Assembly (NCBI GenBank): GCA_014378465.1
Contig: JACMNQ010000065.1
Span: forward strand, 5,186-69,185
Reading direction: 5' to 3'
DNA: 64,000 nt
From: Oligoflexia bacterium
GTDB taxonomy: Bacteria > Bdellovibrionota > UBA1018
The position numbers were made by a program, and so were the translations under genes. The notes under the pieces are model-generated. The model did no database searches. It saw only the letters and a list, made by a program, of their open reading frames with translations, and had not been told where the DNA came from. This document shows positions 18,453 through 27,305 of this stretch, piece by piece; positions within the stretch are counted from its first letter, which is position 1, and each line of letters begins with the position of its first letter.

Positions 18453-18839
18453 TCAGAAAAAGAAGGAGAACGCAAGCGGAGTGATGGCGACGGCGCCGAG
18501 GGCGCTGGATTCTGATCGGTTTCCCGCGGTGGCGGTGATGAAACCAATTTGTGGAGAAACATAGAAAGCGTTTTCGATGTTGTCGACATTGAAGAAGTTG
18601 AAAGTGGGTCCGACATTCAGGTTGAACGCCGATGCATTGATTGAGCCGGTCGCATAGGCCGCGGAAGTACTGAGCTGAATTGAAGAAGTGAGGAGGCGAG
18701 AGTACCCGATGCTGATCTTGAAAGTGGATTCGCCGCTCTGGAAAATCAGGCTCGAAGTGGTGCTGCCATCAAGCTCATTGAGCTGGCTCGTGGCCGCGTG
18801 TGATGCCCTTGACGCGTAGTTGCGGTATCTCCCATGGTG
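18453..18839 (-). pseudogene. truncated paralog of the adjacent outer-membrane beta-barrel gene (no start codon, no signal peptide)
   Basis: The minus-strand frame is open for 128 codons (HHGRYRNYASRASHAATSQLNELDGSTTSSLIFQSGESTFKISIGYSRLL...PLAFSFFF*). It aligns to residues ~30-184 of the 19030..19584 gene and ends in an OMP-like FFF. No ATG/GTG/TTG in frame, which explains its absence from the ORF track. Confidence 0.5.
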
Positions 18840-18899
18840 TCACACTTCGTTTCATTGCCAACTGAAAAGACCGATCAGAGGGAGCTCTCTGGAAACATT

Positions 18900-18948
18900 C
18901 AGTTTACTGGGGTAAGCGTACACGGTGTACGCTTACCCCAGTAAACTG
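18900..18948. repeat. 49-bp perfect palindrome (24-bp arms, single central G)
   Basis: cAGTTTACTGGGGTAAGCGTACAC g GTGTACGCTTACCCCAGTAAACTg. Lies between the intact OMP gene and its truncated paralog. Confidence 0.85.
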
Positions 18949-19003
18949 TACTTTTCTCAGGCCCCGTTCCGCGGTTGGGCCCGTTCAAATGTTGAGCCTC
19001 CCA

Positions 19004-19043
19004 TTCAAAGAAAGAACGCGATGGCGCGTTCAAAGAAAGAACG
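19004..19043. repeat. 15-bp direct repeat x2 (TTCAAAGAAAGAACG) spanning the OMP stop codon
   Basis: Copies at 19004-19018 and 19029-19043 separated by 10 bp. The second copy encodes the C-terminal ...TFFL* of the OMP. Confidence 0.7.
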
Positions 19044-19584
19044 TGAAGGCGAGTGGCACGACCGCGGTTCTCAGATCCGTATTGAAGTAATCGCTCGATG
19101 AGAAGCGTTCTGAGAGCGTGAGGTAAGGAGCGTATGACACTGAGTCATTCACGGCGAAGCGTTTTCCAAAAGTCAGAATGCCGCCGAAAGTGGCAGCCGA
19201 CGTCCGATTGCTCACTGCCACGAAATAAATCTGAGGGAGGAGAAAGAAGGCATTGCCAAGCCGGTCGGTGTCGGCAAAATTGAACGTGGGACCGGCTGCG
19301 AGAGTGAAGGATGTCGTCGTGTTCGACACCCCGGAAGAGCTGGACTTGACCGTACCTATCCCGAGATCGAAGTTGCCCGTCAGCTGAATGGACGGAGCGA
19401 CGAGCCGCGAATAACCCAGAGAAAAACCGAAAGCGGTATCGCCACTTTGAAAGACGAGTGAACTGCGCGAGCTGGCGTCGAGTTCATTGAGTTCGCCGAG
19501 TTCGCCGAGTTCAGCGGCACGTGCAGGGTTGCCGAACGCGAAGAGAGCAAGGAACAGGATGGTTCTCGAAGAAGTTTTCCTCAC
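19030..19584 (-). CDS. outer-membrane beta-barrel protein (small porin / OmpA-N-like)
   Basis: Signal peptide, alternating hydrophobic beta-strand pattern and C-terminal ...PLAFTFFL. The N-terminal (ELG)n segment is encoded by GAGTTCGCC repeats. Overlaps the rmuC start by 4 nt. Confidence 0.55.
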   Translation of the reverse strand: MRKTSSRTILFLALFAFGNPARAAELGELGELNELDASSRSSLVFQSGDTAFGFSLGYSRLVAPSIQLTGNFDLGIGTVKSSSSGVSNTTTSFTLAAGPTFNFADTDRLGNAFFLLPQIYFVAVSNRTSAATFGGILTFGKRFAVNDSVSYAPYLTLSERFSSSDYFNTDLRTAVVPLAFTFFL

Positions 19585-20927
19585 AGCGGAAATTTTTCCT
19601 GACCGCTCTGTGCACTGGGTTCAATCGTGTCTTCGCCCTTGGCTCTGGGTGGCGGGAGTTCCGCCGTCCCGTCCGCTCCTCCGAGTTCGGGAGGTTCACC
19701 TGCTTCACCGACGAGGCGGTACACACTGGATTCATATCTGCCGAGATGAGTGTTTGCCGTTTCGAAGGCTTCCTGCGCTTTCTTGAGGCCTTTTCCGATG
19801 TCTTCGAATTTGCGCTCAAAATGCTCGAAGTGGCGGCGAGCTTTTTTGATGTCGCCAATCGTCTTTTCAACTCCGCGGGACATGTCATAGTATTCCTGCG
19901 CCATCGTGACCGACCGAAGTCCCATGGCAAGCGTATTCGGAGAAACCGGATAGACTTTGAGTTTGGTGATGTCCTCAAAGAGTCTGCCGTTTCGAATCAC
20001 TTCAAAGTAGAGAATTTCGCTTGGGAGAAAAAGCATCGCCATGTCAGTCGTCCCGTGGTCCGGACGAATGTACTTGTCAGCGATGGACTTGGACTGAGTG
20101 CGGATGAAAGTTTCGAGCGCTTTTCGCGCGACTTCAAGCATCGCCGGATCCTGGGATTCGAACAGGGGGAGGACCTGTTCACGCGGAAACTTGCTGTCGA
20201 TCGGAAGGACCTGTCTGGCCATCTTGACGACGGCGTCCACTCGCTCCGGCGAGTTGGGTACGACCGCATACTGCAGCTCATACCCACCCGGAGGCAGAAA
20301 GTCCGCAAGCAGTCTTTCGAGAGTCGCTTCGCCGAAGCCCCCTCGCAGATGCGGGAGTTTCAGAAGACTGTTGAGATCTGAAATGGACTGACCCACCACG
20401 TTCAGGGACTGCAGCTTGAGTTCCGCCGCCTGAAGATGTTCCTGCACCTTTTCAAAATGCTTGAAGCCTTCCTTGAGATTCTCATTGAGCTTGGTCTCGA
20501 CACTCTTGCCGATGTTCTCGAGTCGCGTTCCGACCTGCAGCTCCAGGGACTGGAAACGACCTTGGAGCGCTTCGGTAGTCTTGAGGAGTCCGGTTTGCAG
20601 TTCGGACCTGCCTTGGGCGAGGGTCCGGTCGATCCGTTCCTGAGCTTCAAGAAAGTGTTTGTTCAGGCGTTCTGTCGTACTCTCACGGCTTTCTCCGACC
20701 ATACGAGTCATTCTTTCGGTCAGGTCGAGTATGGGCCCCTGCAGGGTGTGTCCCATCTGGCTCTGAAACGTCTGTCCCATGGATTCAATCATTTGAGCGA
20801 GCGAGGCTTCTGAAAGTCCGTTAAAACGGCCCTTCAGCCAGATGAACAGGAAGACGAGAGCGACAAGCGCCAGCCCGAGGCCAAACAGAATGATTTCGAT
20901 GAGGAACGCAGAGACGTCTGAATGCAT
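19581..20927 (-). CDS. rmuC: DNA recombination protein RmuC
   Basis: N-terminal TM helix, long coiled-coil region and conserved C-terminal RmuC core (...FLPSEILYFEV...PNTLAMGLRSV...). Confidence 0.85.
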   Translation of the reverse strand: MHSDVSAFLIEIILFGLGLALVALVFLFIWLKGRFNGLSEASLAQMIESMGQTFQSQMGHTLQGPILDLTERMTRMVGESRESTTERLNKHFLEAQERIDRTLAQGRSELQTGLLKTTEALQGRFQSLELQVGTRLENIGKSVETKLNENLKEGFKHFEKVQEHLQAAELKLQSLNVVGQSISDLNSLLKLPHLRGGFGEATLERLLADFLPPGGYELQYAVVPNSPERVDAVVKMARQVLPIDSKFPREQVLPLFESQDPAMLEVARKALETFIRTQSKSIADKYIRPDHGTTDMAMLFLPSEILYFEVIRNGRLFEDITKLKVYPVSPNTLAMGLRSVTMAQEYYDMSRGVEKTIGDIKKARRHFEHFERKFEDIGKGLKKAQEAFETANTHLGRYESSVYRLVGEAGEPPELGGADGTAELPPPRAKGEDTIEPSAQSGQEKFPL

Positions 20928-20986
20928 TTCACGGCTTTAGCATGTCGAGCATTGCCTGACAATCCGGGGCGAGGTAAGGTCGGCGC

Positions 20987-21661
20987 ATGGAATTGTCTTC
21001 AGCTCAACCGTCCGGAAACCCATCGAACTTGAAATCGTCTGGTCGCGGACCCGGCAAATATCCAGACAGTATCCGTCTCTTCAAGAGCGACTTCCTCGAG
21101 CGCTTCACGCACGTCCATCCCATCATTCCACTGGTGATGTGGACGCCGGTCATCACGTATTTGATCTGGCACTCTTTTGCAGTGGACCACCTTTCATTTG
21201 CAACCGTGGCGGGACTCGGTCTGGCAGCGCTGTTCGTCTGGACTTTCGCGGAATACACGCTTCACCGTTTCGTCTTTCATCTGAAGCAGACCACTCCTGC
21301 ACGCACGCGCCTGGCTTTCATCATTCATGGACTGCATCACGATGATCCGGTGGACGCCTCCCGCCTCGTGATGCCGCCTTTGCCCGGGCTGATCCTCGCG
21401 GCTCTGCTGTATTCCCTTTTTCGCGGGCTGCTCGGGCCAGTACTCGTCGAGCCGTTCTTCGCCTTCTTCATCGTCGGCTACCTCTGTTACGACTACATTC
21501 ACTTCTCCGTGCACCACTTCAATCCGAAGACCCGCGCCGGGAAATACCTCAAAGCCAGTCACATGCGACATCACTTCGTAAGTCATGAAGCCCGCTGGGG
21601 CGTGAGCTCCCCACTCTGGGATTACGTTTTCGGGACGGTTCATCCTCCCAAAAAGACCTGA
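20987..21661 (+). CDS. fatty acid hydroxylase / sterol desaturase superfamily membrane protein
   Basis: Three histidine boxes (HRFVFH, HGLHHDD, HMRHHF) within four TM segments. Confidence 0.7.
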   Translation: MELSSAQPSGNPSNLKSSGRGPGKYPDSIRLFKSDFLERFTHVHPIIPLVMWTPVITYLIWHSFAVDHLSFATVAGLGLAALFVWTFAEYTLHRFVFHLKQTTPARTRLAFIIHGLHHDDPVDASRLVMPPLPGLILAALLYSLFRGLLGPVLVEPFFAFFIVGYLCYDYIHFSVHHFNPKTRAGKYLKASHMRHHFVSHEARWGVSSPLWDYVFGTVHPPKKT

Positions 21662-21664
21662 GTC

Positions 21665-22640
21665 GTGACCGGACGGAAAGTCTTCTCCTTCCTCATCGTG
21701 GCGCTCTTTCTGTACATCGCTCCGCCACTTTTCATACCCGTGGCATTCGGGGCGATTTTCGCTGTGCTTTTCTTTCCTGCCTTTGAGTTCCTGCAGCGAA
21801 AAAAGGTGAAAAGCTCGTTTGCCGCAGCTCTGATCAGCCTGCTCGTCACTCACGTGTTTCTTCTGCCTTCAGCTCTTCTGCTCTTCGTCGGTGCACGGAC
21901 CGGGCTTCAGCAGCTCGGAGGCCTTCGAGATGTCCCGATCGTCAACCCTGGATCCGGAGGGGGAGCTGGACACCCGGGCTTCTTTGAAAATCTGGTCAAT
22001 ACTCCCGGTCTGCACGGGCTCTTCGTGAGCCTGTCGAAATCCTTTCCAGTCGAAGTCGAAGAGCTCGTTCACACGGCCAGCGACCTCGCCAAGGGAGTAT
22101 CGCTGCGTTTTGCCGATTTTCTCGGAGATCTAGTCACACGCCTCCCCGTCATGATCATGGGAATGGTGATCATGGTCCTGAGTACCCTACTTCTTTCTCG
22201 TCGATGGAAAACGACTCACTCAGTGTGTGCGCGCCAACTCAGTCTACGACTCAGTCCAGACTGAACGCCTGATTCGCGCTTTCGCCGGAATGTGCCGTTC
22301 CGTCATTCTGGCGACCGTGATTTCAGGCTTCGTGCAGGCCTCGATCTTTTCCCTCGTCTACATGGGGTTCGGATTGGGCAACGTCGGTCTCATCGCTTTC
22401 CTCGTCTTTCTCTGCTCTTTCATCCCACTGATCGTCGCCGCCTTCGTGGGCGTGATCGACAACTTCATCCGTCCCGCAGTGTTGCGCGGATCAGCGAACC
22501 TGCATCCGCTTCTGGCTTTCGTCGCGGCCTTTGGAGGACTTCAGGTCTTTGGCTTTTCGGGCGTGTTTCTGGGGCCGATCATCGCGGGGATGTTCGTCAT
22601 CACGGTCGAGAATCTCCTCAGCAAATCAGAGCCCGCCTGA
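21665..22640 (+). pseudogene. AI-2E family transporter (PerM/YhhT-like) interrupted by a +1 frameshift near 22180-22195
   Basis: ORF 21665..22264 encodes the N-terminal half. The 0-frame is open from 22182 (VPYFFLVDGKRL...) and continues to 22640. The two halves join cleanly if one C of the CCC run at 22185-22187 is removed. May be a sequencing error or a genuine pseudogene. Confidence 0.6.
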
Positions 22641-22659
22641 ACCTTCTTGAAAAAGAGCT

Positions 22660-24456
22660 TCAGGAAAAGATCTTGCTGATCAGACTTTTCAGCATCCCGG
22701 GCTTCTTGGACTTCGAAGCGTTCGCGGTCTGAGTGTGTTTCTTGGCAGCATGGGCTGATGTCCCTGCTGGCTTTGCAGCGGTAGCCGACTGTGATGTCCC
22801 GTCGGCAGTGCTCTTTGAAGATCCGTTTGACCCGCCGTTTGAAGGGGCGGGAGCACCGCCATCCACGGGAGCAGTTTTGTAGAAAGTGCGAGGATTGGGC
22901 TGCGCAGGAGGCTGATGATCCGCTTTCTTCGCTGAAGTTTTCTTTTCAGGGCGTCCTTCACCTTTGGATTCGTTCTTCGCTGGTCGATCCAGGCGGCTCG
23001 AGCCATCGCCGCGAGGGGAGGTCGGATCCGCTGAAATTGGGGCAGAGGTCTGTGCAGCGCCCGCAGCACGAGGGCGAATCCCCGTCGATGGAGTGCCCGG
23101 TGCTGGAGAAGCGCCGGCAGCGCGAGGCTGGGCCCCGTCTTCAAATTTTCTGGGGGCCCCGCCGCGACCACCGCGAGAGGAGCCATTTCTGGATGAGCCT
23201 TCACCGGAGCGGGAACCGCCGCGATGACTGCGTCCACTGGATTCGCCGTCTCCCGAACTGGCAGAAGGGGAGGCTTCTGCGTATTCCGCTGGAATTTCCT
23301 TACCCAGGATCTTGTGAATCTCGCCCAGGATCTTGCGGTCCTGAGGAGTGACGAAGCTCGTGGCCTTGCCCGAGAGATCCGCGCGTCCCGTACGACCGAT
23401 GCGGTGGACGTAGTCTTCAGGATCCATGGGCAGATCGTAATTCACGACGTGAGCGATGCCATCGACATGAATGCCGCGGCCTGCAACGTCAGTCGCGATC
23501 ATGATCCGGTATTTGCCTTCCTTGAATTCAGCCAATGCCTGCTCTCGGTGCGATTGCATGCGGTCGGAGTGGATGTAAGTGGCGTCATAGATGCCAGCGC
23601 TGTGGAGCGATCTCCAGACGCGGGTCGCTTTGTCCTTGGAGCGCGTGAACACGATGATACTGCCCGGCTCTTCACGAAGAAGGCGCCTGAGTTCACGGGT
23701 CTTGCTCTCTTCAGGCATGTGAAGAAGCCGCTGAGTCACGGATGTGGATGCGGAATTGAGTTTACCGATCGCTACCGTTTTAGGGTTCTTTAAAATCTTC
23801 TTGGCCAGGTTGGTGACCGACGTCGCCATGGTGGCGGAGAACAGAAGAGTCTGCCTCTTGGCCGGCACGTCCTGCATGATGCGGGCAAGCTGGTCGGCAA
23901 AGCCCATGTCGAGCATGCGATCCGCTTCGTCCAGAACCACGACTTCAATGTAGTCGAGCCAGATGTTGCCGCGGTCCAGATGATCGCAGAGGCGGCCCGG
24001 AGTGGCGATGATCACCTGGGGGTAAGTGCCGAGCGCGGCGACATCGATTTTCATGTCAATTCCGCCGATGAGCACGACTGAGCGCACTTTTCGCGGAGCA
24101 CCGAACATTTCAAGCGTCGCTTGAGTCTGCTGAGCCAATTCACGAGTGGGGGCGAGGATCAACCCGAAGGTTCCTTCACGCCCCGCAAAACGGTCGACCA
24201 TCGGCAATACGAAGGCTGCCGTCTTGCCGGTCCCGGTCTGAGCGGAAGCGATGAGGTCGGTTCCTTCCAGAGCGATGGGAATGCCCTCGGCCTGAACGCC
24301 ACTGGGGGTTTTGAAGCCTGCTTTTTCAATCAGCAGAAGTGCTTCAGGGGAGAGTCCCAACGAGTCCCAGCGGGGATTCGGAGCAAGTTCAGCCGTTACG
24401 GCAGCGGGAGAGGACGATGGGGTCACTAGAGAGTCAATTGGCGGCTTTTCTTCCAT
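22660..24456 (-). CDS. DEAD-box ATP-dependent RNA helicase with RGG/low-complexity basic C-terminal tail
   Basis: Q-motif, AQTGTGKT, PTRELA, DEAD-box (VVLDEADRML), SAT and HRIGRTGR motifs. About 200 aa of G/R/S/P/A-rich tail. Confidence 0.85.
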   Translation of the reverse strand: MEEKPPIDSLVTPSSSPAAVTAELAPNPRWDSLGLSPEALLLIEKAGFKTPSGVQAEGIPIALEGTDLIASAQTGTGKTAAFVLPMVDRFAGREGTFGLILAPTRELAQQTQATLEMFGAPRKVRSVVLIGGIDMKIDVAALGTYPQVIIATPGRLCDHLDRGNIWLDYIEVVVLDEADRMLDMGFADQLARIMQDVPAKRQTLLFSATMATSVTNLAKKILKNPKTVAIGKLNSASTSVTQRLLHMPEESKTRELRRLLREEPGSIIVFTRSKDKATRVWRSLHSAGIYDATYIHSDRMQSHREQALAEFKEGKYRIMIATDVAGRGIHVDGIAHVVNYDLPMDPEDYVHRIGRTGRADLSGKATSFVTPQDRKILGEIHKILGKEIPAEYAEASPSASSGDGESSGRSHRGGSRSGEGSSRNGSSRGGRGGAPRKFEDGAQPRAAGASPAPGTPSTGIRPRAAGAAQTSAPISADPTSPRGDGSSRLDRPAKNESKGEGRPEKKTSAKKADHQPPAQPNPRTFYKTAPVDGGAPAPSNGGSNGSSKSTADGTSQSATAAKPAGTSAHAAKKHTQTANASKSKKPGMLKSLISKIFS

Positions 24457-24585
24457 GGATGTGCCCCATGCTAGTAGAAAAGTCCGCCAAATGCACCCAC
24501 TAAATCTGACCCGGGCGCTTCCGGTGCTTCCGTCCCGGCGGCCTCAGGCGCTCTTTTCAGGCCGTTTCACAGGGTTTGCAAGACC

Positions 24586-25155
24586 TCAGGCGACTGCTTG
24601 GGTTGGATCCATCGTCATGAGAAAGCTGGCCATATCTTCGGCATGCTCTTCTTCCTGGCCCAGGATATCTTCCATCAGCCGGCGGGAAGTCGGGTCATTG
24701 TCGCCGAGATAACGGATAATCTCACTATAAGAATCGATTGCGATTCTTTCGGCGATCAGATCCTCCTGGATCATTTCAACAAGTGAGCCGCCCTCATGGT
24801 ATTGAGAGTGACTGCGGTCCAGAAGTCCTTCAGGATTCATGTTCGGGTTTCCGCCGAGCTGGCGAATTCGGACGGCCAGGCGATCCGCGTGAACCTGCTC
24901 TTCGTTTGCATGCTGGAGAAATTCATCGGCAACGGCTTTGGCCTGCATTCCCTCGGCGGTGAAGTAGTGGTGCTTGTAGCGAAGCACGCAGACCAGTTCA
25001 GTTGCCAGGGCCTCATTGAGGATCTTGATGACCTGTTCACGGTCGCCGCGGTAGCCAGGAGTCACCGCGCCATTCTTGATGTGTTCCCGAGCTCGGCGTT
25101 GAATTTCTCTGATGTTGCTCACAAACGGTTGGTTGGCCATGATTGAATCCTTCAT
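24586..25155 (-). CDS. bfr: bacterioferritin-like ferritin-fold protein
   Basis: Four-helix ferritin-like pattern with a conserved E...ExxH...E...ExxH arrangement (ELVCVLRYKHHY, EEQVHADR, QEEEHAED). The N-terminal extension makes the start uncertain. Confidence 0.6.
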   Translation of the reverse strand: MKDSIMANQPFVSNIREIQRRAREHIKNGAVTPGYRGDREQVIKILNEALATELVCVLRYKHHYFTAEGMQAKAVADEFLQHANEEQVHADRLAVRIRQLGGNPNMNPEGLLDRSHSQYHEGGSLVEMIQEDLIAERIAIDSYSEIIRYLGDNDPTSRRLMEDILGQEEEHAEDMASFLMTMDPTQAVA

Positions 25156-25357
25156 TTTTTTCGTTAAATGGTTTTTGACAAATTTCGAGCGGCTCGCCGT
25201 TCAGCTCCTGAATGGCTCATACGCTCGTGCCCAGAACAGGCTCAGATTGCAAAACTTGGACTCAAGCGGCTTATTCTTTTGCAAATTGACACTGTTCGAC
25301 TCACATGGCTGAAACGAGTTGGACACAAGTTGACTCAACTCTTTCGATGAAGCGATC

Positions 25358-27295
25358 TTGACACAAGGTGCTGATCTTGATTCAATTCTGTCCATGGTAA
25401 AAAAAGCGGACAGCAAAGCTGCAGCAAAAAAAGCAGCACCCAAAGCCTCATCCACTCCTTCAGCAAAGGGAGGCGCGGCTTCAGAAACGAAAGGCGCCAA
25501 GGCTTCTCCAAAATCTGCTGGTTCTGCTGCCAAAAAGACTGCAGATGCCGACACGGATGCTCCGGTACGGGCTTCCAAAGCTTCGAAGTCGATCACGACA
25601 TCGAGCACTGCCGAGTACTTCTCGAAGAATCTTCAGCAAGTTGGATTCTCTTCACAGGTCAAAGCGGTTCTCACGACGCTCAAGGAAGCCGTCGATAATG
25701 CCCTGGACGCCTGCGAAGAACATGGTTTTTTGCCTGAAGTTGAAATCTGGGTCGAAAAGATCGGCGCAGGCTCCCTCAAGAATTCAGATCAGGTTCGCAT
25801 CCGAGTTCTCGACAACGGTCCGGGCATTGATCCGGATGACGTTCCCAAAGTTTTCGGCGAATACCTCGCTTCTTCAAAGTTCGGTCGCGGGCGCTGTTCA
25901 CGTGGACAGCAGGGGATCGGGATTTCCGCGGCCACCACCTGGGCGCAGTTGACCAATGCCACTGGGGCTCGAGTCATCACCAAGACTCCGAAGATGCGCA
26001 AGGCGATGTCCTGCACCGTCGAAGTGGACATCAAGCACAACAAAGGCGTGTTGAAAGACCGCGAGATGATTGAATGGGACCGCGAAAACGGAACATCGGT
26101 CGAGTTCGTGATCGATGGACGCATTCAGCTGAACGGCGAAGCCGGCCTCATCAACTACCTCACGGGCACCACGCTCGTGAATCCGCATCTCACTCTCCAT
26201 TCCAATCTTCCGGATCTCGGTCGTCAGACCGTGGAACGAGTGACTCAGGAAATCCCCGCGATCCCTGAAGCCGTCGAACCTCATCCTCACACGATGAAGC
26301 TGGGTGAATTCATTGCGCACTCCCATCTCTTCGGACGTGTGAAAGTCGGAGCCTGGCTCAAGAAGGGCTTCTCCCGCGTGAACGAAGGCACTCTCAAGGA
26401 CCTCGTCAAAGCGGGCATCAAGGCTTCACTCCTTGAAAAGTCGGTCGATGGAATGAATGAAGTCGAGTTCAAAGACCTCTTCACGAAGATCCAGAACATT
26501 CAGCTCATGGCGCCTTCCACGAAGTCAGTTCTCTCAATCGGTGAAGAAGCCCTCGCCAAGAGCATCAAGCGTCTGGGCGCAGTCGACTTCTTCGCAGTCG
26601 TGACCCGCAAGCCGACCATCTGCGATTTCAAACCCGTCGAAGTCGAAGTGGCGGTGGCCCGACTCGAAGACCGCGCGATGGAAGCGGACGCTCCCGTGCA
26701 GGTTCTTCGTTTCGCCAACCGCGTGCCGCTTCAGTTCGACAAGGCAGCCTGCGCGATCGTGCAGGCCCTGACTTCAGTGAACTGGAGAGCGTACGGAATC
26801 TCGCAGCCGAAGGAAGCTCTGCCTCAGGGTCCGTACATCATCGCGGTCAGCGTGGTGTCGCCTTTCATCAAATTCAAGAACGCCTCCAAGGAAACGGTCG
26901 ATGCTTCGGACGAACTGGTCGAAGAGATTCGCCGTGCGCTGATCCAGGCGGGACAACGCCTTTCCAAGCACATCCGCAAGGAAGACAAAGCGAATGATCT
27001 GGAAGAAAAACTTCGCCACATCGAGCAGTTCTGTCCAATTCTGGTCGATGGACTCTGCAGAATCACCGAAGCCAGCGAGGCTCGCAAGAAGCGCGCGGAA
27101 GATGGACTGGTCAAACTTCTCGGACGGGACACTCGCGTCGCGGAACAGGAACTTGCCCATGCTCATGTCTCTCTCGAAAAAATGACCGCCGCTGAAAATG
27201 CGGACCCTTCGCTGGCCGGCACCAAAAAAGGTTCAGGCAAGAAAAACGCAGAGAAAAAGAAGTCCTCCAAAAAAGAAGCTGTAGCAGCGGAGTAG
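25358..27295 (+). CDS. top6B: type IIB DNA topoisomerase VI subunit B (GHKL/Bergerat ATPase) with Lys/Ala-rich N- and C-terminal tails
   Basis: Bergerat-fold motifs EAVDNALDA (N-box), VLDNGPGI (G1) and GRCSRGQQGIGISAA (G2), then a transducer region. The track start at 25358 is TTG; the ATG at 25394 (MVKKADSK...) is more likely. N-tail AAKKAAPKASSTPSAKGG..., C-tail KKGSGKKNAEKKKSSKKE. Confidence 0.8.
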   Translation: MTQGADLDSILSMVKKADSKAAAKKAAPKASSTPSAKGGAASETKGAKASPKSAGSAAKKTADADTDAPVRASKASKSITTSSTAEYFSKNLQQVGFSSQVKAVLTTLKEAVDNALDACEEHGFLPEVEIWVEKIGAGSLKNSDQVRIRVLDNGPGIDPDDVPKVFGEYLASSKFGRGRCSRGQQGIGISAATTWAQLTNATGARVITKTPKMRKAMSCTVEVDIKHNKGVLKDREMIEWDRENGTSVEFVIDGRIQLNGEAGLINYLTGTTLVNPHLTLHSNLPDLGRQTVERVTQEIPAIPEAVEPHPHTMKLGEFIAHSHLFGRVKVGAWLKKGFSRVNEGTLKDLVKAGIKASLLEKSVDGMNEVEFKDLFTKIQNIQLMAPSTKSVLSIGEEALAKSIKRLGAVDFFAVVTRKPTICDFKPVEVEVAVARLEDRAMEADAPVQVLRFANRVPLQFDKAACAIVQALTSVNWRAYGISQPKEALPQGPYIIAVSVVSPFIKFKNASKETVDASDELVEEIRRALIQAGQRLSKHIRKEDKANDLEEKLRHIEQFCPILVDGLCRITEASEARKKRAEDGLVKLLGRDTRVAEQELAHAHVSLEKMTAAENADPSLAGTKKGSGKKNAEKKKSSKKEAVAAE

Positions 27296-27305
27296 GAAGC
27301 ATCAC

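Noticed and set aside
18419-18455. short hairpin AAAGCC-(9 nt)-GGCTTT after the SIS gene, considered as a terminator
   Set aside because: Stem of only 6 bp with a weak T-tract (TTTCTC). Kept as a note only; insufficient for a confident terminator call.
17585-18616. 343-aa minus-strand ORF
   Set aside because: Entirely antisense to the SIS-domain gene. Arg/Ser/Pro-rich composition typical of GC-rich shadow frames, with no motifs.
19521-20381. 286-aa plus-strand ORF
   Set aside because: Antisense to rmuC, whose product matches the RmuC family along its length.
21194-21853. 219-aa minus-strand ORF
   Set aside because: Antisense to the fatty-acid hydroxylase and AI-2E genes.
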